NCBI GenBank assembly: GCA_963754315.1
Contig: CAVWFS010000020.1
Coordinates: 32,001-96,000 of the forward strand
DNA length: 64,000 nt
DNA from: an uncultured Candidatus Rokubacteria bacterium
Lineage (GTDB): Bacteria > Methylomirabilota > Methylomirabilia > Rokubacteriales > CSP1-6
Direction of reading: 5' to 3'
Positions 21,010 through 32,047 of this stretch are shown piece after piece. A program made the position numbers and the translations under genes. Under the pieces are notes generated by a model that saw nothing but the letters and a program-made list of their open reading frames with translations, did not search any database and had not been told where the DNA came from. The first letter of the stretch is position 1; every line of letters starts with the position of its first letter.

Positions 21010-21285
21010 TGTCGAATCTGACGGGGTGGAGGCGAGAGAGAGGCGTTGCAGTGCAAATTCTAGTCCGGCGGTTTGACAGCCACGCAATCACGATCACGAG
21101 TACCAACTTGGCGGCGAGTTCCATTGACCCCGCCCTCGGGAGAGAAATCGCGATGCGTGACTGGGCAGTGGCGGATTACATGGCAAGTATTTCGAGCGAC
21201 CAGGATGCGGCAAGCACACGGCGGGCTCGCCGTGCTAGCGCTCAAATTGCTGAAGGTATCGACCTCAGCCGAAGAGCGATTGGCC

Positions 21286-22266
21286 ATGAGACGGCGCAAG
21301 TTCATTGCACTTCTAGGCAGCTCCGCCGTCGCCCGGCCGTGTCTGGCGCGCGCGCAACAGGCTCGGATGCCGGTGATCGGTATCCTCAACAGTCAGACCC
21401 GGGATACAGAGAGCGAACGACTCTCGGCCCTGCACCAGGGGTTGAGAGAAACCGGCCTCGCCGAGGGCCGAAACGTGGCGATCGAGTACCGCTTTGCCGA
21501 CGGTCATAACGACCGCCTGCCGGCGCTCGCGGCCGAGTTGGTCCGGCGTCAGGTCGCTGTCATCGTGGCGAATACAACTCCTCCGGCGCTCGCGGCGCAG
21601 GCTGCGACCGCGACCATCCCGATCGTCTTCGTCACCGGCGCCGACCCGGTCGCGGTGGGACTGGTCGCCAGCCTCAGTCGGCCGGGCGCCAACGTCACTG
21701 GCGTGACCTTCCTGGTACAACAATTGGTAGCGAAGCGGCTGGAGTTGTTGTGCGACCTGGTGCCGAGAACCGCGCCGATCGGCATGCTGGCGGATCAGCA
21801 CAACCCGAATGCGGAGAGCGACGTCAAAAACGCGCTGGCGGCGGCAGCCGCGCTCGGGCGGATCTTGCATGTCGTAAAGGTCGCGGCTCCGGGCGACATC
21901 GACTCCGCCTTCGCCACCCTGGTCCAACAGCGGGTCGCAGCGGTGTTCCTCGCACCACACGCGAATTTCCGCATTTGGCGCCAGCAGCTCCTCGGCCTGG
22001 CGGCGCGCCATGCCATGCCAACGAGCTTCTCGAGCAGCGATTTCGTTGCCGCAGGCGCTCTGATGAGCTACGGGCCCGATCAGCTGGACTCCTATCGCGA
22101 GGCCGGCATCTATACGGGGCGGATTCTCAACGGCGAAAAGCCGGCGGGGCTGCCGGTCATGCAGTCGACCAAGTTCGAATTCGTGATCAACCTCAAGACC
22201 GCAAAAGCACTTGGCCTCACGATCCCGCCGAAAATGCTCTTGGCCGCCACCAAGCTGATTGAATGA
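21286..22266 (+). CDS. ABC-type substrate-binding protein (ABC_sub_bind family), orphan
   Basis: MRRRKFIALLG signal; EGRNVAIEYR, TIPIVF...DPV...GLVASLSRPGANVTG, GALMSYGP, FEFVINLKTAKALGLTIP. Confidence 0.9.
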   Translation: MRRRKFIALLGSSAVARPCLARAQQARMPVIGILNSQTRDTESERLSALHQGLRETGLAEGRNVAIEYRFADGHNDRLPALAAELVRRQVAVIVANTTPPALAAQAATATIPIVFVTGADPVAVGLVASLSRPGANVTGVTFLVQQLVAKRLELLCDLVPRTAPIGMLADQHNPNAESDVKNALAAAAALGRILHVVKVAAPGDIDSAFATLVQQRVAAVFLAPHANFRIWRQQLLGLAARHAMPTSFSSSDFVAAGALMSYGPDQLDSYREAGIYTGRILNGEKPAGLPVMQSTKFEFVINLKTAKALGLTIPPKMLLAATKLIE

Positions 22267-22297
22267 AGGGGATACATTCGGACTTGTTCCACCTGCG

Positions 22298-23271
22298 TCA
22301 CGTATGCACGCGAGCGCGCTGCGCGCGGTAGCTTGCGAAGCTCGCCTCGAGCCCGGCCTGCCAAGCGGCCAGCCGCGCCTCCGGTGCCGCGACCAGCGAC
22401 CCCGTCTCGAGACCACTCGACAGCGCGCCGACAAGCCCTCGCGAGGCGAGCGGATCGTAGCTCACCGCCGCGTCGCCGATCGCGATCCAGCCCGGGCCGA
22501 AGCAGCGCTCGAGGATCGTCGAATCCGCGGGGCGCACCACCGGCGCGCGCTCGACGCGGTACCCTTCGACGAGCCGGCCCAGGTGGCGGGTCGCGCGCAG
22601 CCGCGACTCCCAGGCGTGCACGTCGAGCCCGGACACGGTGACGAAGCCTGCGACGCGGCGCCGTTCCGGCAAGCGGCAGCCGTACCACCAGCCCAATGAC
22701 GTCGTCTCGACGGTCAGCGTCGCGTCGACGTCGTCCGCGCGATCGGTCACGAGCCAGCCGACGAGGGCGACCTGTCGGTCGAAGCGCAGGCGCTTGACGC
22801 CGAGGAGGCGCGCGACCGCGCCGCGCCGGCCGGTGGCGTCGACCAGCCAGTCGCAGGTCTCCTCGCCGTCGGAGAGCCGGAGGCGCCAGCCATGCGGCAC
22901 CGTACTCTCACGAGCGAGGCCGGTCAGCCGTGCCGGCACGCGCAAGAGCGCTCCGGCGGCGACGGCCGCCTGGCGCAACGTCTCCCCAAAGCGCGCGCGG
23001 TCGAGTAGCCAGCCGTGGCCGAACGGATGCGAGAGGAAGTCCTGATCCTGCAGCTCGACCGAGTGCCACGCCGCGCGTACGCCGACGCAGTCAAGTTGCC
23101 CCGGCAAGCGCTTCAGGCCGAGTCGCGAGAGAAGCGGGCGCGCCGCGGGGGGAGCTGCTCGCCGACGCCATCGAGCCCGTCGCCGACGAGGACGACATCC
23201 CGGCCGGCGCGACAGAGCGCGATCGCCGCCGCGCATCCGGCGGGCCCGGAGCCGACCACCGCGACACGCAT
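22298..23271 (-). CDS. LodB/GoxB-like FAD-dependent flavoprotein for CTQ maturation (frameshift near 23148)
   Basis: VVGSGPAG, GEQLPP, GWLLDRARF, VDATGR, GWWY, IGDAAVSYDPLASRG; TGATG overlap with the LodA-like gene. Confidence 0.85.
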
Positions 23272-25176
23272 CACGTGGGAAATTCGTTGTCCGTTTCGAC
23301 CTTGAAGAGCGGCGGGAAAGCCGGGTCGCCCGGTCCAGGCTGCTCGGTGACGACGCCGAGCCGGTACCAGTTGTCGACCATCTGCTGGAGGGTGTCCGTC
23401 GTATCCGGGCGGTCGATGTTGCGGAAGAACTGCGCCCGGCCGAAGAACGCCTCGCGCCGCTCTTCGAGCGAACGGGACGTGTCGAGCACGAGTTCGTAGC
23501 GCTGCTCGGGCATCACGTGGTTGGGCACGCGCGCCGCCCAGAAGGTCGGCAGATACGGATCCACGGGGGTGTCGCCGTACTGGTAGCCGGAGCGGCAACT
23601 CGCGGTGTCGGTCTGCCACGGCACCGCCATCCAGCGCGTGACGCCGCCGGGGACCGAGCCGGCGAGCGGCCCGTCGGCGGACAGCGCGATGGCCGGGGTC
23701 AAGACCTCGCCGTGGTTGGGCTCAGACCCCTGGCGGTGGAGGAGCCGGAACGGCGAGGCGTACATGGAGGCGACGCGCATCGGCCAGGTCGCCTCGCAGC
23801 CCGGATGGAAGGCGTCGCCGAGGCAGGCCTCGAGCGCGGCGCGATCGAGCGCCGCCGGCTGAATCTCGATCGGCAGATCCTCGACCTGCGACGAGATCGG
23901 TCCGGCCACGCCGGGAACGAAGTCGCCCGCCGCCCAGCTCTGGAGCGCCGCATACTGGAACGGCTGGACAGCGAGGTAGCTCCGCGGGCTGACCGGCGGG
24001 AGGGTGATCGCGTCGCCATAGAGCGGCGGCAACAGGTCGACCGCGCTCTCGAGCGTCGCGTAGTCGGGGTTGCGGAACCTGGCGAACAGCGCCTGGCGGA
24101 AGGCCGCGTTGGCCGGCGACGGATCGGCAAGCCGGAGCAGGTACTCCGGCGACAGGAACTGTTCGGGCGAATCCCAGCCGTAGCGGTTCAGGACACCTTG
24201 ATTGACCCACTGCAGATCGGCCAGGCGCTCGAAGAGCGGAAAAATGTCGGCGAGGAAGCTCACCTCGGCCGGCGGCGTGACCCAGCCGAGGTCGAGCATG
24301 GTCTGATAGATCACGGTGTAGAGCGTGCCGAAGTCGGTCGCGAGCGCCGGCGCGTAGTTCGGCGGCGCGACCACCACCCAGGCCGGATCGACCGGCAGCG
24401 AGACGCCGCCGAGACGGACGCGCGCGGTCACCGGGCCGTCGGACGTGTCGTCGGTCCAGCCGTCGTTGTTGGCGAAGGTCGTGAGCGACGAGCGTTGCGG
24501 GAGAGAACGAGCGGCCCCGGCCGCCGAGGACGAGCAGGCGCCCTTGCTCGTCGGTGCGGAGCTCGCCCAGGTACACGGACTCGCCCAGGAAGGCGCCGGT
24601 GTCGAAGGGCACGGCGCTGCGATGGCGTCCCGACACTCGCCGGGGCCCGGGGTCGATCATCAGCGCGTTGCGGTCCGCACCCTGGTAGGCGGCGTTCCGC
24701 CGCGAGGTGGGCTCGGCCTCGGGGATGTCGAGCGCGGTCTCGAACTCGTACCAGGCCGCCTTCTGGTTGGCGAGGTGCACGGTCCACTGAATGGTCGCGT
24801 CGTGCGCGGTGAGCTCGCGCACGACCCGCCCGTTAGTGTCGAGTCCGAAGATGCGGAAGCGCGCCGCTTGACGTTTCATCGCTCCGCTCGCGTCCTTGTA
24901 GCCGCCGGGCGCAATCGGCAGTCCGCCCGGAATCTCGGGTCCGAAGTAGTACTCGTCGGGACTGTTGCCCACACGCGCGATGCCGATCGCCGGATGGATC
25001 GCGGCGCGGACGATGCGGCCGCGGGAGCCGCGAGACGGGCGGCCTGCGCTCTCGCCCCAGGCCCGATCGGAGCTGAGCATCGCCAGCAGCGCCGAGCTCG
25101 CGCCCGCTTTCAGCAGATCGCGGCGCGACAGCAGCCGGTCGAGGGTCGAGGACCGCCGGTCAACTACGTCGCCCAT
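23271..25176 (-). CDS. LodA/GoxA-family CTQ-dependent amino acid oxidase with Tat signal (frameshift near 24497)
   Basis: SRRDLLK; IHPAIGIARVGNS, KRQAARFRI, WTVHLANQKAAWY, LGELRTD-GRLLVLGG-G, NNDGWTDDTSDGPV, CLGDAFHPGCE, MAVPWQTDTASC, FWAARVPNHV. Confidence 0.92.
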
Positions 25177-25441
25177 TACCCACCTCCGACCTGGATAGAT
25201 ATCCGGCATCGGCGCACAAACGAGCACGGCCCGGTGCCCCGCCCGCGGCCCATCCGCAGATACAACCTCCCGACGCCGCCGTCAAGTGCCATAGCCCGGC
25301 TAACAACAGTGCGATAGCCCGGCGTACGCATCGAGCGTCGTCTCACATTCCATCTGGTCACCGCTCGATGGACATCCGGCGAGGGAGAGAATCCCTGCGC
25401 CAGCAATAATGACGACGATGCTCGCAGAGCGGCGAGAGAAA

Positions 25442-26758
25442 TCAGTCAGTCGCGTCGACGCTTCCGAGCCGGGCTCGCGGTCCACCGAGCACGGATGGCC
25501 CAGCGATGGTGGCCGAACGCTGGCCATAGATCCCACGCAGGGTCGGGGCGCACAGCGTGAGAACGGTCACCGCGATGAACGCGAGACCCGGCAGCGCGAG
25601 CATCGGCCCGGCGCCAAACCCGTCGGCCAGACGTCCGGTGGCGAGGTTGCTGACGCCCATCACCCCGCTGCCGGACCCCCAGTACACACCCATTACCCGA
25701 CCGCGGAGGTGATCAGGGGTGGCCATCTGGAGCAACGTCGTCGCCAGCGCGATGAACATCGACTGCGTCAGACCGACGGCCGCCGCCGCCGCCAACACAC
25801 CGGGCCAGGAGCCGGCGTAGCCCATGGGCACCAGCGTCAGCCCGCTGAGGATGCTCGTCGCGAAGAACAGATACCCGCAGTGGACCCGTCGCGCGAAGCC
25901 GGCGAGCAGGAAGGCACCGATGAGCGAGCCGCCACCGATCGCCATCATGAGCAGGCTATAGGCCGTGCCGGACGCACCGAACACATCAGACGCACGTTGT
26001 GGCAGGGCCGCGTCGTACCCCATCGTGAAGGCGCAGTGAAGAAAGACGAGCGCGATCACCGGGAACACGACCGGGGCACGCAAAACGTAACGTACACCCT
26101 GTGCGAGCTGCGCGAGCGGGTTGTGGTCGGAGCCGCTGCGCTGGTGCGAGACCTCGCCGAGTCCCCAGATCTGCCAGAAGGCCATGGCGGAGAGCGCGGC
26201 CGCGACCAGGAAGGCGCCGGCGCCACCGCCGACGTGGAGCAACGGCGCGGCGAGCAGCGGCCCCAGCAGCCGTGCGCCGTTCTGGTTGGCCTGGAGAAGG
26301 GAGACGGCGTTGAGCACATCGCGTTCAGGGACGAGGTTCCCCAGCATCGCCTGCTCGATCGGCGTGCTGGACGAGCGAGACGCGCCGAGGATGAAGGAGA
26401 CGAGGACGAGCGGCCAGGCGTTCTGGCCTCCCCTCCATGCCAACCAGGCGAGCCCGAGGGCCGCGAGCAGACCGACCGCATTCATGGCCAGCAACATCGT
26501 CCGCCGATCGTAGCGGTCGGCGAACACACCGGCGAAGGGGGTGATGATGAGCGATGCCAGGAAGGCAGCGAACACGACGACGCCGACGGTGCTCGAGTGG
26601 TGGTGCAGCTCGAACGCCATCCAGCCGCACGCCGTGAGCGCGGTCATGTAGGCGACGCCCGACAGGATCGACGCCGTCCACAGCGGCCGAAAGCGCTTGT
26701 ACCGAACGGCTGAGAAAATGCCCGCCCGATCTCCGCCCTCAACGATGTTGGTCGGCAT
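25442..26758 (-). CDS. MFS transporter
   Basis: About 12 TM helices; GVFADRYDRR motif A; TPDHLRGRV. Confidence 0.9.
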   Translation of the reverse strand: MPTNIVEGGDRAGIFSAVRYKRFRPLWTASILSGVAYMTALTACGWMAFELHHHSSTVGVVVFAAFLASLIITPFAGVFADRYDRRTMLLAMNAVGLLAALGLAWLAWRGGQNAWPLVLVSFILGASRSSSTPIEQAMLGNLVPERDVLNAVSLLQANQNGARLLGPLLAAPLLHVGGGAGAFLVAAALSAMAFWQIWGLGEVSHQRSGSDHNPLAQLAQGVRYVLRAPVVFPVIALVFLHCAFTMGYDAALPQRASDVFGASGTAYSLLMMAIGGGSLIGAFLLAGFARRVHCGYLFFATSILSGLTLVPMGYAGSWPGVLAAAAAVGLTQSMFIALATTLLQMATPDHLRGRVMGVYWGSGSGVMGVSNLATGRLADGFGAGPMLALPGLAFIAVTVLTLCAPTLRGIYGQRSATIAGPSVLGGPRARLGSVDATD

Positions 26759-26934
26759 CCGCTCAAGGCTGCGCCCGCTTGCCCCAGGGCGTCAAGGTGC
26801 GCATCCAGTCGGGTGTCGATTGACAGCGGCCGGCTGGCCATCGTATACGACGGGCGTGCCCGACGGAGATCCCAGGACCGTGTGTAGCCCCCAACACCAT
26901 CCGCGCACCGATCGAGGTGCCCGAGGAGACTGCC

Positions 26935-27681
26935 GTGCCATTCCATGAAAAAGGCAACGTCCGCATTCGCTACGAGGAGGCTGGCTCCGGCTTTCCGCTG
27001 CTTGTCACCCCCGGCGGCGGCTTGAACTCCCGCGTGAGCAACTGGCCGACCGCGGTGTTCAACGCGATGGAGGCCTTCAAGAACGACTTCCGCTGCATCA
27101 CGATGGATCAGCGCAACGCGAATGGCGGCGAGTCGACGGGCCCCATTCCGGCCAGCGATCCGTGGGGCGCCTTCGCCGACGATCAGCTGGGGCTGATGGA
27201 CCACCTCGGCATCCAGAAGTTCTTCTACATGGGCTACTGCATCGGTGGGTGTTTTGGCCTCAAGCTCATCGAGCGGGCCCCCGATCGCGTCGTTGCCGCG
27301 GTGCTGTGCCAGCCGGTCGGGCACCGTCCGGAGAATCCCGACGTCATGTACAACTCCGGCCGCGACGTCTGGGCCCCCGAGCTACGCGGGCGGCGTCCTG
27401 AGATCACCATGGAGAGCATCGAGGCCTACCTGCACAACCTCTACCGAGTTCGGCCCGACTTCGTGTACAGCGTTTCGCGCGACTTCGTGCGCTCCTGCCA
27501 GACGCCGATGCTCGTGATGCCGGACGACACGCCGGCGCATCCGTATCAGACGTCCGTGGACATCGCCGAGCTCGCGCCGAAGGCCCAGTCGACGGTGTTT
27601 CCCTGGAGAGAGCCGAAGGACCTGCTCGAGAAGACGATCGACCAGGTGCGCGGCTTCCTTCGATCGCATCAGCCAAGATGA
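26935..27681 (+). CDS. Alpha/beta hydrolase with Cys nucleophile elbow
   Basis: IRYEEAGSGFPLL, MDQRNA, GYCIGG; GAGGAG RBS before GTG 26935. Confidence 0.85.
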   Translation: MPFHEKGNVRIRYEEAGSGFPLLVTPGGGLNSRVSNWPTAVFNAMEAFKNDFRCITMDQRNANGGESTGPIPASDPWGAFADDQLGLMDHLGIQKFFYMGYCIGGCFGLKLIERAPDRVVAAVLCQPVGHRPENPDVMYNSGRDVWAPELRGRRPEITMESIEAYLHNLYRVRPDFVYSVSRDFVRSCQTPMLVMPDDTPAHPYQTSVDIAELAPKAQSTVFPWREPKDLLEKTIDQVRGFLRSHQPR

Positions 27682-27801
27682 TGGCCGGCCGCTGAGACGC
27701 CGCGCGCTTTCGCCCCTCGCGCGACCCCAATCGAGGGGCCTCGCGATCGCCGGGGGCCCACCCGCACCTCGGCCGCCGACGGCGCGAGGTTGGCCGGGGC
27801 G

Positions 27802-28965
27802 TTATTCGCGACCGCGGGGCCCGGCGTGCGTGGCGAGGAATGCCCGATCGCGGACGAACCGCCCGGGAGCGAAGGCCTCGAGTGCGACCCGCGTGTCACG
27901 ACCGAGGATGAGATCGGCGATCGAGCGTCCCATGGCGGGACCGTAGAGGATGCCCTTGCGGGCGCCGCCGGTCGCCACGTAGACGTGCTCGAGCCCGGGC
28001 ACCCGGCCGAGCACGAGCAGTCCGTCCGATGCCACGGGGCGCAAGCAGGCGGTCTGGTGCGCGATCTGGGCGTCGGCCATCGCGGGCAGCATCTTCACAA
28101 GCGCGGCCCCGATCTCGTCGCGGGCCGCGGCCGTCGAGTCCTCGTCGAAGCCCGCCTCCTCTTCGGTCGTCCCCGCCCAGAGGAGGCCGTCGGTCTTGGT
28201 CGTGGCGTAGTTATGGCCCCAGCCGACCGAGCAGTCGATCGGCGGACCGGGAGCCTGCAGGCGGAGGATCTGGCCCTTGAGAGGACGGACGTCGATCGGC
28301 ACGCCGATCCAGTCCGACACCTCGGCGCTCCACGGGCCAAGCGCGAGCACCACCGTGGAGCAGGCGACCACGTCCCGCTCGAGAACTACGCCGGTGACGC
28401 GCCCGCCGTCGCGCAGCAGGCTGATCGCTCGCCCGTGCCGGACCCTCACTCCCAGGCCTTCGGCGGCCCGGGTCAGGGCCAGCACCAGACGATAGGGCTC
28501 GACGCCGGCGGTGCCTTCGATCAGCGTCGCCCCCAGCGTCTCGTCCGAGACGCGCGGCTCCACGCGGCGAGCCTCCGAAGCGTCTAGCCAGCGCGCCGCG
28601 TAGCCCGGCTGCCGCTGCTGCCAGGGCAGCGCGGCCTGGAGTCGCTGGACGTCCGCCTCGCTGAAGGCCAGCGCGAGCGAGCAGCGGACGCGGAAGTCGA
28701 CGTCAATCCCGGTTTCCTCGACGACGCTCTCGCGCAGTTCGCGATGCAACCGCATCCCGTCCTGGGCGATCTCGGCCAGGGGCCCTGGGATGCCGAAACC
28801 ACTCAGCGGGCTGAGCCCCCCGTACGCGAAGCCGGAGGCGTGGCTGCCGATCGCGTCGCGCTCGACGACAACGCTCGGTACGCCAGCCTTCGCCAGGTAG
28901 TAGGCGGTGGTCAGGCCAGCAATGCCGCCGCCCACGATCACGACGTCGGATGAATTCTCGGTCAT
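27802..28965 (-). CDS. FAD-dependent oxidoreductase, glycine oxidase/D-amino acid oxidase family
   Basis: IVGGGIAG, ASGFAYGGL, VLALGPWS, PLKGQIL, CLRP, ATGGARKGILYGP. Confidence 0.88.
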   Translation of the reverse strand: MTENSSDVVIVGGGIAGLTTAYYLAKAGVPSVVVERDAIGSHASGFAYGGLSPLSGFGIPGPLAEIAQDGMRLHRELRESVVEETGIDVDFRVRCSLALAFSEADVQRLQAALPWQQRQPGYAARWLDASEARRVEPRVSDETLGATLIEGTAGVEPYRLVLALTRAAEGLGVRVRHGRAISLLRDGGRVTGVVLERDVVACSTVVLALGPWSAEVSDWIGVPIDVRPLKGQILRLQAPGPPIDCSVGWGHNYATTKTDGLLWAGTTEEEAGFDEDSTAAARDEIGAALVKMLPAMADAQIAHQTACLRPVASDGLLVLGRVPGLEHVYVATGGARKGILYGPAMGRSIADLILGRDTRVALEAFAPGRFVRDRAFLATHAGPRGRE

Positions 28966-29056
28966 CGTCCGCCGATCCTGTCAAAGAACGCGAGAACGGT
29001 CAAACCGCCCGGAGCAGCGCGCTATTCGCGACGCACACGAGCGCCCAGCGAGAGCA

Positions 29057-29869
29057 TCAGCCGCGGGAACGACGCCCCGTAAAGCGCGGCGGCCGCTTCT
29101 CGCGGAACGCGGCGACACCTTCCGCACGGTCCGGCGTGCGGCCGGCGATCGCCTGGTTCCGCGCCTCCATGCTGAGGACGTCCTCGAGCGACATGCCCAG
29201 TCCTTGGTAGAGCCCCGTCTTGGCCAGCCCGTACGCCACGGTCGGCCCTTGGGCCAGCCGCTCGGCGAGCTTCAGCGTCTCGTTCTCGAGCTGCTCCGCG
29301 GGGACCACGCTGTTCACGAGACCGATCCGCAACGCCTCGTGGGCGTCGATGATGTCGGCGAGCAGGATCATCTCCATGGCCTTGGCCGTGCCGATGAGGC
29401 GTGGGAGGAAGTACGTTCCCCCGCCGTCGGGCACGAGACCCACGCGCGCGAAGACCTCACCGAAACGGGCCGTGTCGGCCGCGATGCGCAGGTCGGTGGC
29501 CAGCGCGATGTTCAACCCGGCTCCCGCCGCCACGCCGTTGATGCTGCCGACGATCGGTTTCTCGAGGCGCTGCATGCGGAGGATACAGCGGTTCAAGCGC
29601 TCGATGAGGGCGCCCCCGAGATCGCCGTCGAAGAACGACGGCTGGACCTCGCCGGCGCGATCGCGCTTCTGATCGCCGCCCGATGAGAACGCGCGCCCGG
29701 CGCCCGTCAGGATCACCACTCGTACCGTGGCGTCGGCCTCGAGCTCGATGAGGATCCGCTCGAGCTCGCCCATCATGGGCTCGTGCATGGCGTTGAGCGT
29801 CTCGGGCCGGTTCAGGGTCAGGGTCACGATGCTGTCGTGACGGTCATACAGAACAGATCCGTTCGTCAT
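29057..29869 (-). CDS. Enoyl-CoA hydratase/isomerase (PaaG-like)
   Basis: TLNRPETLNA, LTGAGRAFSSGGD, NGVAAGAG, GLVPDGGG, EGVAAFREKRPP. Confidence 0.92.
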   Translation of the reverse strand: MTNGSVLYDRHDSIVTLTLNRPETLNAMHEPMMGELERILIELEADATVRVVILTGAGRAFSSGGDQKRDRAGEVQPSFFDGDLGGALIERLNRCILRMQRLEKPIVGSINGVAAGAGLNIALATDLRIAADTARFGEVFARVGLVPDGGGTYFLPRLIGTAKAMEMILLADIIDAHEALRIGLVNSVVPAEQLENETLKLAERLAQGPTVAYGLAKTGLYQGLGMSLEDVLSMEARNQAIAGRTPDRAEGVAAFREKRPPRFTGRRSRG

Positions 29870-29908
29870 TCGTGCACTCCTTGTGACATCGAGCAGCTCC
29901 CTGCCAAC

Positions 29909-30751
29909 CTAGCCATTCTTCGGCGACCAGCCATAGGCCTTGGCGCAGGCACCGCCCATCAGCATCGCCCGTTCACTGTCGCTCAGACGGTCGGTCCGGC
30001 GGAAGGGTTCGACGGCCTGTTCGTAGTTGACGACCGCGAAGGCGCGGGTCCAGTCGGTGCCCCACAGGCAGCGGTCGAAACCCCAGGCGTCGAACACGCG
30101 GGCGAGCGGGTCCCAGATGTCCGGGAAGGGATACGGTTCCCGGGACAGCGTGCAGGCGCCGCTGACCTTGATCACCGCGTTCCGGCGCTTGGCGAGGTCC
30201 AGCACCTTCGGCAGGTCGGCCCAGGGCTGCGGCGGGGCGGGCGGCGTGCGGGGCTGCATGATGGCCAGATGGTCGATGATGAATCGCGTGTCGGGGTGGC
30301 GGTCGATCAGCGCCGTGCCCGCGTCCACGTTGCCCCAGCACAGCATGTTGACCGGAAAGTCGTGCCGAACGGCTTCGCGCAGGATCCGGTCGAGGCCCGG
30401 GTCGTTCGGCTCGCGCTTCGCCTCCTTCGTCATCATGATGCGGATGCCGACCGTGCCCGGCGTCTTCTTCCAGTCGGCGATGACATCGGCTACCGCCGGA
30501 TCATCCGGGTCGACCGGCTTGACGAGGGCGAACCGGCCGGGATGGGCCCGTTGCACTTCCACCGCATAGCTGGCGTCGTACCGGTACATGGAAAAGGCGG
30601 AGATGAAGATCGCGCCGTCGACGCCGACCCTGTCCATCGCCGCCACCATCTCGTCACCCGTGACGTGATCGGGCCAATTCGGCACAGTGTGCCAGGGCCG
30701 TTTCGGCGTGTTCGCCTCATAGACGTGGACCTGGGAATCGATGATCGCCAT
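29909..30751 (-). CDS. Amidohydrolase_2 family protein
   Basis: IIDSQVH, FIIDHL, IKVSG, CLWGTDW. Confidence 0.88.
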   Translation of the reverse strand: MAIIDSQVHVYEANTPKRPWHTVPNWPDHVTGDEMVAAMDRVGVDGAIFISAFSMYRYDASYAVEVQRAHPGRFALVKPVDPDDPAVADVIADWKKTPGTVGIRIMMTKEAKREPNDPGLDRILREAVRHDFPVNMLCWGNVDAGTALIDRHPDTRFIIDHLAIMQPRTPPAPPQPWADLPKVLDLAKRRNAVIKVSGACTLSREPYPFPDIWDPLARVFDAWGFDRCLWGTDWTRAFAVVNYEQAVEPFRRTDRLSDSERAMLMGGACAKAYGWSPKNG

Positions 30752-30815
30752 CGGGGAAGCTCCTCTCTGTTAGAGCAGTTTCATGGAGGGGATCCGAGTT
30801 GCGCGTGGCAGGCCC

Positions 30816-31860
30816 TCATGAGCGCGCCGAGGGACTCCGTGCCGGTCCGAGCGGAGCTTCGCCGCCACCGAGGACGCTCGACTCGGTCATTGTCGCTGCC
30901 GCGATCTCGTACGAGCGCAGGCGCGCTGACTGATCGTAGATGTGCGATACCACCATCAGCTCGTCGGCCTGGGTGCGTTCCACGAAATCGCGCATCTGCG
31001 CTGACACGGTGCCCGGCGAGCCGACGAAAGACACGCGCGAGCGCCGAAGCGGATCGGCGGGATCGGACAGGTCGCGCTCCCACTCCTTCGACGGCGGCGG
31101 CAACTGGATCGGGTGGCCGGATCGCAGGCTGGCGAACGACTGGCGTCCAGACGACGCCAGGAATCGGGCCTCGTCGTCGGTGGCCGCGGCCACCACATTG
31201 ACCCCCAGCATCACGTACGGGGCAGGAAGCTGAGCTGATGGCGTGAAGCGCTCCCGATAGATGCCGATCGCGTCGAAGAGCATGGCGGGCGCGAAGTGCG
31301 AGGCGAACGCGAACGGCAGGCCCAGCGCCGCGGCCACCTGCGCGCCAAACGTGCTGGAGCCGAGAATCCAGATGGGCACCCGCAGGCCGGCGCCGGGCAC
31401 CGCCTGCACGGGCTGACCGGGTCGAGGGTCGGCCAGGAACTCCATCACCTCGAGCACGTCGTTGGGGAAAGTTGTCGGGATCGACGTTCAAGGTGCGCCG
31501 AAGGGCAATCGAGGCGGACCGGTCAGTGCCCGGGGCGCGACCCAGGCCGAGATCGATGCGGCCGGGGAACAGCGACTCCAGCGTGCCAAACTGCTCGGCC
31601 ACCTGCAGGGGCGCGTGGTTCGGCAGCATGATCCCCCCGGACCCAATCCGGATGCGAGATGTACCAGCCCCCACGTGACCAATCAGCACGGCCGTGGCCG
31701 CGCTGCCGATGCCGGGCATGTTGTGGTGCTCGGCCAGCCAGAACCGCGCGTAGCCCAGCCGCTCCGCGTGCTGCGCCAGCTCCAGCGTGCGGCGGAAGGC
31801 CAGTGCCGGCGTGCCGCCTTGGACGATGGGAGAGAGATCCAGGACCGAGAGCGGAATCAT
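30816..31860 (-). CDS. Luciferase-like (LLM) flavin-dependent oxidoreductase, YhbW-like (frameshift near 31465)
   Basis: [50 protein letters not shown]. Confidence 0.92.
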
Positions 31861-32047
31861 CTCCTCCAGGATACACGCTCGAGTGAGCGTTGGCGGGCGG
31901 GCTTTACCCCCTACCCCACACTTCTTGTTAGCGGCGCAGCCCCGATCGTGCCCCCGCGGTCGGTACGGCCGTTTGACTTGGGTTGCGCCGAAGCATACGC
32001 TTTTGCGCAGCATCGAGGTCTCACGACGCCATGCCGGGAGGAACCAG

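Noticed and set aside
21020..21085. Functional tRNA-Cys
   Set aside because: Acceptor and T stems do not pair and there is no CCA end; kept only as a possible scar.
27802..28965. thiO assignment
   Set aside because: No thiamine genes nearby; family-level call only.
30770..30784. TTAGAGCAGTTTCAT as an IS630-like end
   Set aside because: Single short match with no partner end or transposase.
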